Assembly: GCA_051362555.1 (NCBI GenBank)
Contig: CM120644.1
Span: forward strand, 18,002,534-18,066,533
From: Lingula anatina
Lineage: Eukaryota > Animalia > Brachiopoda
Length of the DNA: 64,000 bases
Reading direction: 5' to 3'
Shown: piece after piece, positions 1 through 12,599 of the stretch
How the letters are laid out: each line of letters opens with the position of its first letter
Numbering within the stretch: the first letter of the stretch is position 1
Made by a program: the position numbers and the translations under genes
The notes under the pieces: generated by a model
Database searches by the model: none
The model's input: only the letters and a program-made list of their open reading frames with translations
Told to the model about the DNA's origin: nothing

Positions 1-3000
1 AAAGGGGACAACTGTTTGCTAAGCTGGGAGGATGATAACAATAGGCTTTAATTTAAAGTCATCACTGCTGACAAGACAATAATTTCTCACTAATGAGACT
101 GCAGTTTTATCTATTATCTGTTGCCATGGTAACAAAGCAGGCTGGGTTCAAAACTTTCACCTTAATAACATTGCCCAGTCATTATGTGCAGTAATTTTGA
201 TCAAATTAGATGCGAAGAATAACCCTGACATAAAATCAAGACGGCAGCAATAGAAAAATTTCGCTGAAATTGTTACAATGGGTAGGTACGTTTGTCAGAA
301 TGAATAAATAAATGTTTGATCCAAAAATGTCTCCATGGCGACCAAAGCTGTGAAAGCATTCCTTAACAAGGATCTGGGGGAGTTTGAATCCAGTTCAGTC
401 CTGGAAAATAAAACTGAAACACCATTCAAATGCCAGACAACACAATAGGTCGAGGTAAAAAAAATCTGATAGAATGTCAGACAGTCAGCAAGTGCAAACT
501 ACTGCACTTTTTTTCCCCTTTTTGTATTGATTGTGGGTTTTGGACTTTTCATTCAGATTTGTTATGATTCAGTTAATGAAATAAAAAATTAGCTAGGTGA
601 AAGAAAAAATGGGGAATATATAAAAGTATTTCATTTTTCTTTCTACGTTTTAATGCATGTTTGACAAACAGTTAACCCTTTACATTGAACATTGATTTTG
701 TCCTTCATAGTACAAAAAGCTAGATATATGTAATTTTCGGGCTTTCTCTTTGACTTTGTCTCATGCCTACACAAACGTGCATGCTCACACTCGCACAACA
801 CATGCCTGTGAATGTGCACATGCATACGTAGGCAGTTTCCCTCAGAGCAGTCATAATAAAATTCTATGCCAGGTCATAAACTGAAATCAGCCGCAGGTTT
901 CTCTTTAAGGGGAATAAATTCTTACACATTGTCTTAGCGGCTTGGGTGTTAAGGCACATTTACTTGAACTGAAATATAGCAGGCTCTGAAACATGAACTG
1001 AATATTATTATAATCAGACACTTGCTAAGCTTAAAAGTAAGCCACTTTGCTGACTGGAATTTCATGTGTAGGTGACATATTTCTGAACTGATGAATGATA
1101 AATCGGATTTGCATGGGTGGTGAGTCCTCACAGTGCTGAAATATGGGTCATTATGTGAAGTTTCTTTTACATGTGGTGGGGAATTTTGTTGATATTTGAT
1201 TCCAGTCAGGCCATGTGTTTATGTGTGCATGCATGTGTGGGTGTGCATGTGTGTGTGCGTGCACGCTGTCCTCACCGACACTACAGTTTTATATAAAAAT
1301 ATAAGAATGGCATGCTGAGGTGGATTGTGCCATGATAAACCGACCCAACTTTAGTGGAAATACGGCCAAATTAATGTCCTATTGCACCTGAGATTGTGTT
1401 GATCAAAATGCTGCGCTTGGTTTATGATTACTGAATGAAGCCCTAAACCAATTTAAAAAAACAAGGGTTTCAGACATGCTTTAGGTAATTCAATTTTCTA
1501 TCGCCGTCATGATAGCCGCAATAAAACCGTCTGCCTGGGGGAGCTATTAAACTGGTTGGTTTATGGAATAAGTTGATGAGTGCTCATTATGGCCTCGTTT
1601 ACACAGGCGGTAATGTAAAACATTCCCTTTGGGGGTCCAGCTTTGCCAAATATCAAATAAGTCACTTTGGTTTTGACTGTAGGATTGGATTTGCAGTCTG
1701 TTTGGTGCAAGAATAATCAGTATTATACTTTTAGTCCATTATCTTCATTTTCATCATCATCATTCCCTTAATATTTGAAATATCAGCAGCTAAATGCCGA
1801 GTGTACAGAGTTGTTTCTGTTTCATAAGACTCAGAATCTCATTCGGTTGCAGAACAGTATCAAACGTGAAGCTCAAGAAGATAAAATATTGCTTCTCCTT
1901 TATTCTAAAGCATATGACTTAATGTTGCTTCATTAAGAGACTACTAAATAGATAGATTATTAATAAATTGAAGTAGATTTAGCTTTTCAAACCAAAAATT
2001 ACAAGTAGACTACTATAGACTTAAATTGAATTGAAGGAGATAAAAATCATAAGTTAAAGAGATAAAAGTATTTTTGGATCACGACTTCTGTAATGCCACA
2101 GGCCCCTGGGACATCAGCTGTTATGTTTTAATGTCATTTTTTATGTCCTGTCTGAGAAGGCAGGCCCGGAGGTGTTGACTTAACCAAATGCGATGTTAGT
2201 TTGTCGAAATGTCAACACTCCAATGCATGTCATGTGCTGCCTGTAGGTGATGATGCTTTGTGTGGTCCCGACCAAAATAATTTTTATTTCACCTAAAAAT
2301 TTTGTCTCATTAGAATAATGTGAGTCATTGATGGCAAAATGAATTAGACTTGTTTCTTTAGAGAAACATGATTATATAATATTTTTCTGATTGATATTTT
2401 TCTTATCTTGTGCTAGGTCAGGACGTCATAAAATACAATAGCTTCTAGGTGGAATCTGGGTTTTTATGGTTTTTTGTCTTGCAGGGTTTGTTTCCTTTTA
2501 GATGGGGCGAAGTTTGAGGGAATAAATTAAGTTTTATGTTAAAGCTTATTTTAAAGTGGTTGCTTTATGACTGTGGTAATGGTGATAAAATTAAATTGCA
2601 GAATGATATTTTGTTAATTTAAAAAAATTTTTCATCTCATTGCAGATATCACAAGGAGAAAAGATAATCTACTACTGTAAAAGTGTGGTGTCCAGAAACC
2701 CCATGAAAAACATATTTTGATACACAAGGAAAATTAGCTGAAATTCAGACTCCCGATTAGCGGAATTATACCGGAAAATTGCTATCTTGGAATCACAAAG
2801 AAGAAATTTGGAAATCTGACCTAGAACAGAGAAACTTCTCTACAAAAAATTTTTTTTTGAAACCTCATAAAAATTTATAAATAGAAGTTGTATCTAACAA
2901 GTAGGAGACAAGGAGATTTTGATACCAGCTGTAACCTTGTCAACCTTGATGGGAATTTGGAGTGAAAAAAAATAACACTTGAGGCTTGCTAAAATATTTG

Positions 3001-3082
3001 ACTACAGTATACAGCGCCATCTAGAACACTGGGGACCACCACATCGCCTCTGCCCCTGCCAGCCACTCAGGGCAGCCCCCAA

Positions 3083-3248
3083 ATGCTTGATGCCATGGAG
3101 ATGGATACCATAGTCGCAGTTTCTATAGGGATACTGGCCACCATTTTTGTCGGGTCCCTGGTCTGCCTGATTATCGTGTGCAGACATAAGTACTGCCGCC
3201 GCGTGGATTTACTCTCCAGGCAGCACACGGAGAACAGGTCAGTGTGTC

Positions 3249-3326
<78 letters not shown>

Positions 3327-6300
3327 GGGGGATTTTCAGGGTGCAGGGACCTTTGATACTAAAGAGATGAAGTTGAAAGGTGGGCTGAGGTTTTTGACTG
3401 AAAATTCTGGTCTGTTTCGGTTTATGATGAATCTGCATTGGTCCAATTAAAAAAGGAAACTTAACATATATGAGGCACCATTCATTTAGAACTTCTGATT
3501 TTTTAATGGATCCGATATTCTGGATGGACTAAGTGGGTGGACTAAAACAGTAACAAGACATTTTTTCGGTGTCAAATTAGAATGAAATTTTTAGTCTTAG
3601 TATTAAAACTATACCAGTGATCAGCTTCAAGTTTTTTTGAAAGTGGCCCAAAATTTCATTGATCTTCGGATGGTTTGTTTTTTAGCAGGGTGCATTAAGT
3701 GTTACTGCTTATCAGATTAATCACGAAACTTGTTCAAAGTTTTGATTTGGCCTACTTTATTTAAGTTTATGTCAAAAATGAATTTTATCCAAGAACGGGC
3801 CAGGCCAGGGCAGGTTTCAACAGTCCCAGTTTGAGATAATATTTGGGTGTTGTATGTCTGCCTTACAGACACACAACCCCATCCTACTCATGTAGAGATA
3901 TGCACCATCGGTGCTTCCATTTTTCTGGATTTCTATTTAAAGGTCCACTATCATTTCTGTTGGTTTAACATGCTCAATAACGGAAAAAAGGAATTCATGC
4001 ACACCTGAATGGTGTATTCTCCAGAGAGCCATAGTATGACTTGATGTTATTTCTTGTTACACATGATTTCCCCAGTGGTGTGTGGATGACTGGTACCACC
4101 ATGATTTCTCTCTGACCTGTGGTGCCTCCTCTCTATGACTGGGTTCCCATTCCTAGATTGATCTAACAGGATCGGTCCATCGCCATGGGGTCCCTTGCTA
4201 AATTGCTTTTCAGCCCAAGTGGCTTAGACGTCTGGGACGCCCACTTAAGCTGCAAAACGGTAGTTAATTACCCCCTATCAGTCTCAGCAGGTGTGAGAGA
4301 CATCTAAGCCGCCCAAGTTAATTGCAATTAAGCGAGAATCCCCTTGGAGATAGTTCGATCCAAAGTTAGTACAAAGGGTCTGGGAATGATCTCTCTCTCA
4401 CTGGTGTCATTTGGTTTAATCATTTGATTACGCTTTTACAAGAACTCATCAACTGATTGAAAGATACTTTGGTTTTAATTGTTAGCAATGAAATAAATCA
4501 GTATACTCTGACCTTGCATGATTGTAAGGATGATCTTATTGAAATATACTAAGTAAGATAATGCAATAAAACTTTCAAATTTGTACTTAAAAATGCCGAA
4601 AAATAGGCTATTTATCCTAAAGAATTTTTCATTGAATCCAAAAGAATGTGGGAGAAAATGTGTATAATAACACCTGATATCTTTTTTCCCCTCTAGATAA
4701 GTAATTATGACAACATTTGCATAATACTCATAATATTGATTTTAAGAAAAGTTTATGGCATGTTTTTCATAGTATTTGTATGTACACATCTCTCTCTGTT
4801 TTCTTTCAGACCTGATGTCCAGCTGGTCGACGCCATGGAGGGAAATGACAACAACGGCACCGACCTTGAGCTGGACGATGTCCGTCTCACTCACCCAAAC
4901 ATAGAGGAGATTTTGCAGGATGATATCTGGGTCAATGATGCCACGTAGGTCATTTGTCTTCTCGCTTATGCATGATGAAATGTATTTTGTATGCAGAATA
5001 GATAGGTCTTTGATCAGGGAGCATCAGCCTTTGCATACCACAACATAAAAAAAAACAGTGACCAAATGACTTGGGTCAATTCTACCGCCTGGGTCAGGTC
5101 TAAAATAAGGAAGGAAAGAAACTGTATAAAATGCATATTTTAACCAGTACAAAGTCTAAACACACATATAATAGCACACAAAAAAAGTTAAAATATTGAT
5201 TTATGTATAATATTTATGATAAGAGAAAGGAAAACACAACTTACCAAAGAAATTAAATATTTTGTTGGTCACCTTCATAGACTTGCTAGCGCATATCATT
5301 TGCATTCTACTAACATTTCATCTTTGTTTGAATTGATAATGATAATGAAGTAAAATATTACTTTCAGAGGACTGGTCCCACACTGCATCGCCATCCTGAA
5401 AACTTGTCACCTGCTGACCGACAAACTGGTTGCCATGACAATGAGAAATGGCGGCTCCATGCGGTCCCCAGAGACGTTAACGGATATAGTGGCCATTGCT
5501 AAGAGGATATCTCCCCGCGTGGACGCCGTGGTCAGGTGTATGTACCCGCCTCTTGACCCTAGACTTCTGGAGGCAAGGTGAGCTTGTGTACTAGTATATT
5601 TATCTCATCATTTACATATCTTTTATGAAATTATTGATTGGTGTGTTTATTTTTGTGTCTATTTATTTATTTTGTATAGTGATAAAGATTTGTGTCAATT
5701 CATGGATGTGTATGGAGTGGTCTTTATATGTCCCTTATACATTATAGTGTATTTATATTTGTATCTATTTATTTATTTATTCATTTTATATAATAGTGAT
5801 ATGATATCTAATATATAAGTACTGTGTGTATGTTTATAGTGTTCTATATGTCAGGAGCACTTATTTTCACATTCACCTTGTATCTCAAAGAGTGCACATG
5901 TGTGTGTGTTTATGGTGTTCTTTATATCAGGTTTGCTGCTGCTTCTCATTCTTTTATCTCAAATTGTCATTCTTTTATGTCAAATTGTCATTCTTTTATG
6001 TCAAATTGTGTGTGTGTGTGTGTGTGTTTGTGTGTGTACGCATGTGTGTGTGTGCTTGTGTGTGAGAGAAAGAGAGAGAGAGAGAACTCAGGTAAAGATA
6101 GATAAATATGATATCTCCTGTATCAGTACATGTATGTACATGGACTGTTCTTTATTATATCATCAGGTGCACTGCCTTGGTCCTGTCGGTCACCCACCTG
6201 GTTCTGCTGACCAAGAATGGCTGCAGGATGACCGGTGTTCTGGACTGGATAGAGCAGTCCCTGGCTGAGGTGGAGGAACACTTGCAGGTGGGCAGAGCTA

Positions 6301-6926
6301 CTCTGTGGTCATTTTAACCACATGTATCACTGAATGTTAAACAAATAGTGCACAGTCCTGAGGGGACTATGTGGAATAGCGCCCAGTGAGAGGAAATGGG
6401 ACCCGATGCAAAGCAAAGGGTCCAAAGTGGTTTATGATTTGTAGTTAATATCGTAGGAAAGATTTTAAGTAATTTTTAATGGACAAAGAAGAATTATACT
6501 TATTTTGTAAATTTTTGAATTTTTTGTAAAGGTTTTTTGTTTGTTGTTGTTGTTGTTGTTTTCTGTAGTTTATCACTATATTTTTGAATGCTTTAAGTGT
6601 GTATCAAAAGTACAAGTTCAGTAATAACTACTGTTTCTAACAATTGGAGGTTTTAATGTTGTCAGGTTTTGAGAGAGGCCAGCCATCAGTGCGACACCAC
6701 CCGCGCTCCGTCCAACTCAGACACATCAGGCGACAGCCAGGAACCTCTCAATAATCCCAGAATGCACCAGTCTGGTCCCGGGCCAGATGTCGCCTCTGTG
6801 GCGCAGAACCAACTTCAACAACAGCAGCAGCAAGTACAACAGCAGCAGAATCAACAACAGCAACAACATCATCAGGCACCTTCACAGCAGCAACCACAGC
6901 AGAATGAATCTTCTAGTGTGCTGTAA
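3083..6926 (+). CDS. TMEM98: Transmembrane protein 98 homolog, 5 coding exons: 3083-3237, 4810-4944, 5368-5577, 6167-6287, 6666-6926
   Basis: All introns are GT-AG with consistent phases (2,2,2,0). Translation MDTIVAVSIGILATIFVGSLVCLIIVCRHKYCR...DLELDDVRLTHPNIEEIL...GLVPHCIAILKTCHLLTDKLVAMTM...AKRISPRVDAVVRCMYPPLDPRLLEARCTALVLSV matches the TMEM98 pattern I recall. The start could be ATG 3083, 3095 or 3101. The first coding exon probably begins at the acceptor at 2646. Confidence 0.93.
3251..3325. repeat. (TG)n microsatellite in TMEM98 intron
   Basis: About 37 uninterrupted TG units just after the donor at 3238. Confidence 0.97.
4137..4393. mobile_element. MITE, 'GATCGATC' family (Tourist/Harbinger-like), diverged copy
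   Basis: Termini GACTGGGTTCCCAT...TGGGAATGATCTC and internal sequence match copies at 52790, 55401 and 60318. Confidence 0.7.
5946..6008. repeat. 21-bp tandem repeat x3, followed by TG/AG microsatellite
   Basis: Unit TCATTCTTTTAT(C/G)TCAAATTG occurs three times. Confidence 0.85.
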
Positions 6927-8775
6927 GAAAGATAGGAGGCAGCAGTGCAGGTGCAGCAACCTTGTTGTTTTATCTTGCTGAAGCTTTTGAAAAAAGTTGT
7001 TCTGTCTTCAAATGAGTGATGGAGGTTCTGGTCTTGAAGTGACCTAAATTATCATTGAGCTTTTTTAAAAATTGAAGAAATGTATCCCCAGTAGTAGAAA
7101 TGAATGCATCTCTGATTCAGATAGGATGATATAGTGGAATTGCAGTCTTGCGACAGTTTATCAGAGACAGCATTTTGTGTGAATAATTTTGCATATCTTA
7201 TTGGACTTACAAGAAAGAAAAAACATCAAGTTGCAAGAATTCAAAAGACTTTTTGGGCATGGGGAATATTATGTTGTCTGGAAGCTGTGAATGGTCACTA
7301 GCTACGAATGGTTTGACCCTAGTGCTATCACAGAAAATGAGCCCATGAACAATTTGGAGTATTCAGTGGTGTAATTTTCATTCCTGTTTGACGTGATCTT
7401 ATGGGTATAGGAAAAAAAAGAGAACAGGAAAGCTGTAGCAGTGTAGTCCCATATTATTGGGCTATCTTTGTGCTGTAATTATGGGAAACGAGACCATAGA
7501 AATGCCACAAAATAAACAGCCGATGAGGGATTTCCAATATCAAATTGGAAAATTCCTCATTTCTGTCTTGTATGTACTTTAGGACAGTACAAAAAATGAA
7601 CAAAAACCTTGCAGTGGTGCAAACTAAACATGCGAAACTATGTCATGGAAAGGCCACAAGACCAAGAGTCATGAACAACCTGCAGTTACTGGTGGTAGTA
7701 CATCGTTTCTCTTGGAAAGGTTTCTGCTTTTTATTCAAGATAAAAGGAGCCTTGTGAACAATTTGTGTATACTGTTGGTGATGTGATTTGTTTGTGTTGG
7801 CTCATACTGAAATGAGAACTGTTTAGTGTTTGATTGCTACAGAAAACACAATGTAAATGTTTTTTTAATACTGTGCACTGATACAAGCACCTTGCAGGTT
7901 AAGAAGTTGTTTTTATTCAAATAAACAGTGACAAGCAACAAAAAATTTCTATCGTAATCAAGATTGCAGAAATAGTTATCAACTCTTAGATGTTGCCTAG
8001 CAACACTTTAACTAGTCTGTAACAGAAATCATGTTGCACAGTAACCAGTTGTTATTACCTGGCAACATTGCCTTAAATGTAAGTTAAATCACAGGTTGCT
8101 TAGCTACCATTGGTTGCCAGGGGACCTAATTTACACCAGCCTTGCATATTGAATTACATATCAGAGGGTTGATGTATTGTGCAAATAATGAAAACTTTTA
8201 TGCAATTCAAACTTGCAGTAATATACTTGATGATATAAACTGAATTTTTTCTGCAAGCAGTATTGTGTCATCAAAGAAAACTATTTTTCATTAACATGGC
8301 TCATATTATAAATATAAGTAAAAATGAATTATGCAGTCTGTATATGACTTAGACATTGATATAACAGGAAGGACCAAATATTCACTGCTGATTTTTGTTT
8401 TCACATAAGTACTTAATAAGTAATTAGGGACCATTGAAGAGCATGGGTTTGTTCATTGGTTCAATTTTTTATGAGAAAAAAAATGAATTTATAGGTACAC
8501 ATTTAAGTCAAGATATAAAGTCAATTTTTGACAAAATTTTTGAGATTACTTATCCATTTTTGGAGATATTAGCGCTTCTATGATATTTTTCTTGCAATAT
8601 GTCTTGTTAGTGATTTTAAAATCTTTTTTAATGTTGTAATATTAGTGCTTTAAAGTCTGTACATAATATTTCAGAGATGTTGTCTTCCATGGGGCTGAAA
8701 CTTGGATTTATGCTCTGTGAAGTGTTTTTTGTAGAAAGTAACAGATTCCTCCCATAGAAACATTTCAGAACTGTC

Positions 8776-8952
8776 CAGCCCCCAGTTTCGCAAAATAAAA
8801 TAAAAAGTGAGGTTTCTTGGCTAAGAACTTAATTACCAAGGTCACATGGTCACATCTTAACCTATCAGGAGTAGTGTAACTGCACTCTCATGGAAATCCT
8901 AGTCAACTTAGCCAGGGAACTGACTCAAGTTTTTTTGTGAAACCGGGGCCAG
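8776..8952. mobile_element. MITE with GCCCC-GTTTC-type inverted termini in the presumed TMEM98 3' UTR
   Basis: GCCCCCAGTTTCGCAAAA...TTTTGTGAAACCGGGGC, plus internal inverted TTCTTGGCTAAG/CTTAGCCAGGGAA. Confidence 0.6.
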
Positions 8953-10566
8953 CTTTCAGCCAGAGAAAGGTCCAAGGGAGTGGCATTTCCAGTCTGTAAT
9001 TGATGCCAAACTAAGAATGTTATAACTCGGCAGATTGTGTCATTTCTCTCTGTTCATGGTGAAAAAACCAGTCTGATCTCTCTAAATACTATGGCACTCT
9101 CTCTGAATTTGTTGATTGGGGATGTCTAACAGTAGATACAGTTTGATTTCTTTATTACCCGACCACGGAATTGCTGTATAGTTGAACCAAATTGAATAAT
9201 TCAAATGTTTGGGGTTGTATGAGATTATATTTCCCACCATATATATATATTAAATAAGGACTGGCAGTTTTCGAGGGACCTACTAGCCCAGTGAAAGTTT
9301 AAGGTGCAGTCTGATAATGATATAATCTGCCGAGATGGAACATAGCTTAGTGGAATCTATGTTAAAAAATTTAACTGTAAGTGAAGAATGGGTTTATAAG
9401 TAAATGACTCTGTTAAACTTGCTTAAAAAATGATATTCCCTGAGGAAGAGAAATATTATTATTGATTGTACAAGCTTTAGTTTGTTGTGCATTGGTATGT
9501 ATATATATGTACATATCATTAATTTACAGATGTTGAGTTTTCTTTTAAAGATATTGAATTTAAAGTAACTAAATCTGATGAGCCTTCTTGAGTGTGAAGT
9601 ACTTGAATATGTATATAGTATAATTGTCATTTATAATGGCCCTGCTTTCTAGATTTAATGTGCATTTTTCTCTCAGCATTCCTTAGAAAAGCATTTATTA
9701 CATATCATTCATATATCTGTGAATTGTGTAGCATTTCCCGTGTATTCTAATGTAGTTTTTAGATGCCCATCACGGTGAATAAGGTATATGATAAGCATAA
9801 TATTTTGTATTTGATATTGGATGGTGTTAAGGTTGTAGCGACTATGTGGGGTTTCTCTTTGATTGCTTCATTCAGGCTTGGTACGTCTCTGTCAACAAGA
9901 GGGATTTTTTCTGAAGCATTACCTTTCTTACTTAGCCAGTTAACATGGTTAAAAACCCCGAGGGGAGACTGCAATCCAGGAATAATAATAGTGATATTTT
10001 ATTCAACTTATGTATTAAATATACGTCACAGATTCATCAGATGAGTGATTTTTAGCAGGAAGTAGTACAAACAGGTTGCAGGATTGCAATAACTCCTGAT
10101 GGCGTAAGAAATAGAGTGCTTCAGAATCGCCCCATTACACAAGTGAAACTAGCATGTGTTTTAAGTCTCCATTAGGCAAAGGACTGCTAAAAGGTTCCAC
10201 ATATCAAGAGATTCCTTGATTATCACATCTGATTGTAGTTACTAACAAAATAGTTATTATATATTTATATAATAAATTCGTAGATTTCTATGTATGGCAT
10301 TCATTTCTGAAGATAGGAACGATGACTGGTAAACGGAGTATAAGCATTTTAGTTAAAATTCTGTAAAATATATAAATATATGAAGAAATGAGGTGCATTT
10401 TGATTCACTTGCAATTTCCCGGAGATCTGAACATGTTGAGGACAACAGGGTTGATGTTAGTAGAGAGCTTGTTTTTATTTTACATTGTGTGTACGTGATT
10501 CAGTGATATACAGTTTAAACAGTTAGGTGAGAGTACACTTGTTAATAAGTGTAATATTTTCACGGA

Positions 10567-10571
<5 letters not shown>

Positions 10572-10615
<44 letters not shown>
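10572..10615. repeat. Compound (TC)n(AC)n microsatellite
   Basis: Directly visible. Confidence 0.95.
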
Positions 10616-10616
<1 letters not shown>

Positions 10617-11164
10617 GCTAATCAAAGCGTACCACCTTTTCTGTTTTCTATTTTGCGAGAAGCATTGCAGCATTTCTTATCGTGTTGAAATTATTATCGA
10701 TTATTAAAATTGTACATAAGCAACGAAATAAAGTCAATTGAAAGAACAAATTGGTCTTCGTGTGTTTGTGTCCTAAGTTATCATAGGGATACGCGAATGA
10801 TTGTATATGCCTTACGTTTTAAGTTTAAGATTGAACACTGGCCTCTCTGTTATGGGGGACTCTCTGTCACGTTACACCGGCCCTCCATTCCTGTTACAAC
10901 GGCTATCCTAAAGAAGGTGCGTTAACTGAGGCTAGCACGTAGCTCAACTACAGCAATTCTAAGTGGGCTTGGCACAACACGATCCATTGCTATAAGGAAT
11001 CGGATGCGGGTCCAAGGGGTGTCCAAGTTACCTGTTGCCTGCCGAAAGGACGATTCAGATTCCCTATCACTTGGGACCGATAAAAAGGTAAAATCTTTTT
11101 TATCCATGTGCAACCCCCCTAATACACACACACGCACGCACACGCACACCATATAGGCCTACTG

Positions 11165-11760
11165 TTAGCAGTAGTAGAATTAGTTTATTTCCGTGTGGCA
11201 ACATAAACAAAAAGTAATACAAAATTTAAAAGCACACAAACGCAGGAAAAGCTAATAACACAGTGCCGCCGATAAATAAATTATACATGTAAATACTGGG
11301 AAAACGCTTTGTGCACGGAATCTACAACAACTTCCACGTGGCCTTCACATAGCTCATTACCTGTAAACTATTAAAGTTGAGTTCATACTGCTCTCTTAGT
11401 TGTTTAGTCATAGGGCATTCAAGCAGAACATGCCTCTTTGTTTGCAATACGGGCCCGTAGAAGGGGGGTGTCGAAGGACACCCCCTCCCCCCCCTTTTGC
11501 CTCTGGGTAGAATTTTATCTAGGTTCAAGGAGGTTTCATGGTAAAAGGCCCATTTTTCTTTTCGGAAAATCAATCCCCCTTTTGCGATTGCTGGCTACGG
11601 GCCTGCACTGATACCCCGCAAACACAGTCTCTCCTCTCTAGAGATACGGGCCCACCGCCCAGTCTCTATAGCCAGGTTATGTGACGAAGTGCGGAGACGT
11701 GTGAATGTAAGGCCTCTCAAGGCCCTGGGATATCAGCGTTTTGCTTGTGTACACTACTAA
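11165..11760 (-). mobile_element. 5'-truncated non-LTR retrotransposon (LINE) 3' remnant, interrupted by a MITE
   Basis: Minus strand reads FTRLRTSSHNLAIETGRWARISREERLC-[MITE 11450-11605]-LQTKRHVLLECPMTKQLREQY, the typical LINE ORF2 C-terminal Cys/His motif. It is followed by AATAAA and a short CTA-repeat tail near 11170-11190. Confidence 0.8.
11450..11605. mobile_element. MITE, CAGGCCCGTAGC family, inserted in the LINE remnant
   Basis: Termini CGGGCCCGTAG...CTACGGGCCTG; related to 54234-54399 and 40410-40534. Confidence 0.75.
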
Positions 11761-12599
11761 CTGACAAATGAGGATTCATTTTTGTCTCTCGATACGCAGT
11801 AAATTTGGATTCAGTTTTTGATGAAATTGTTTCCTTTAGTTCCATCAAGGAGTTATAACAGAAGGAGATTACACGCAAGCCTTTCTATTGTCCGATGTCT
11901 GTTACGGTGGGCGGAGCTAGCTACGGGGGGCCTCCGGTCTCAAGGTTTCGTCTGCGTCGCTCTCCTCAGCTTGGAGATAAATTTCATATGCGTTATTTCG
12001 CGTTAGAATTCGAGATCAGTAATGTCAAAGCGCCGCTGTATGCTGACGATTTTTTTCACAGGTAATTATTTGGACGATGTGCTGGAAGGGAACGATATCA
12101 TAGAAAGCGATTATAAGGTGGTGACTGAGGATGGTCACCATGAGCTTTTTTTTAGTCGGTGATAGATGGCTTTTTTATGGCACAACCCGGTGAAAAATCA
12201 CCAAGGAGAAGTCAAAAGAAAACGTCCCAACTGTGGTTTGTGAAAATGACATTCAAGTGAACGTCTGTCCTCACTGCCAAAGGACATAATATTAATACAT
12301 TAACGTTTGGACCCTCCTGCCCTTGGGTCCCATAAACATATACATTGTGACAGTGCCTACGCTTTGTGTCTGGTTTTAAATTTCTTAAAGTATTTTTTCT
12401 CTCACTCGGTATAATTTTAATATTATAATGCATTTAATTAAAATTTTAATCCAAGGTTGAGGCAATGCCACGACACGTCAGTTTACTGAATACTCGTTAT
12501 AAATTTCTTTATCTTGGAAAATTCCCTTTTTTTCAGGATTATTTGACACGTGCTAACACTGTTCATATTTGTCGGTAAACAAGTGCACAGTGCTATACA

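Noticed and set aside
3244-6268. Cys/Val- and His/Thr-repeat ORFs in TMEM98 introns
   Set aside because: These are translations of TG/CA microsatellites.
12020-12165. Short ORF MSKRRCMLTIFFTGNYLDDVLEG..., reminiscent of a piggyBac transposase N-terminus
   Set aside because: Too short; no catalytic domain or TTAA-flanked TIRs identified.
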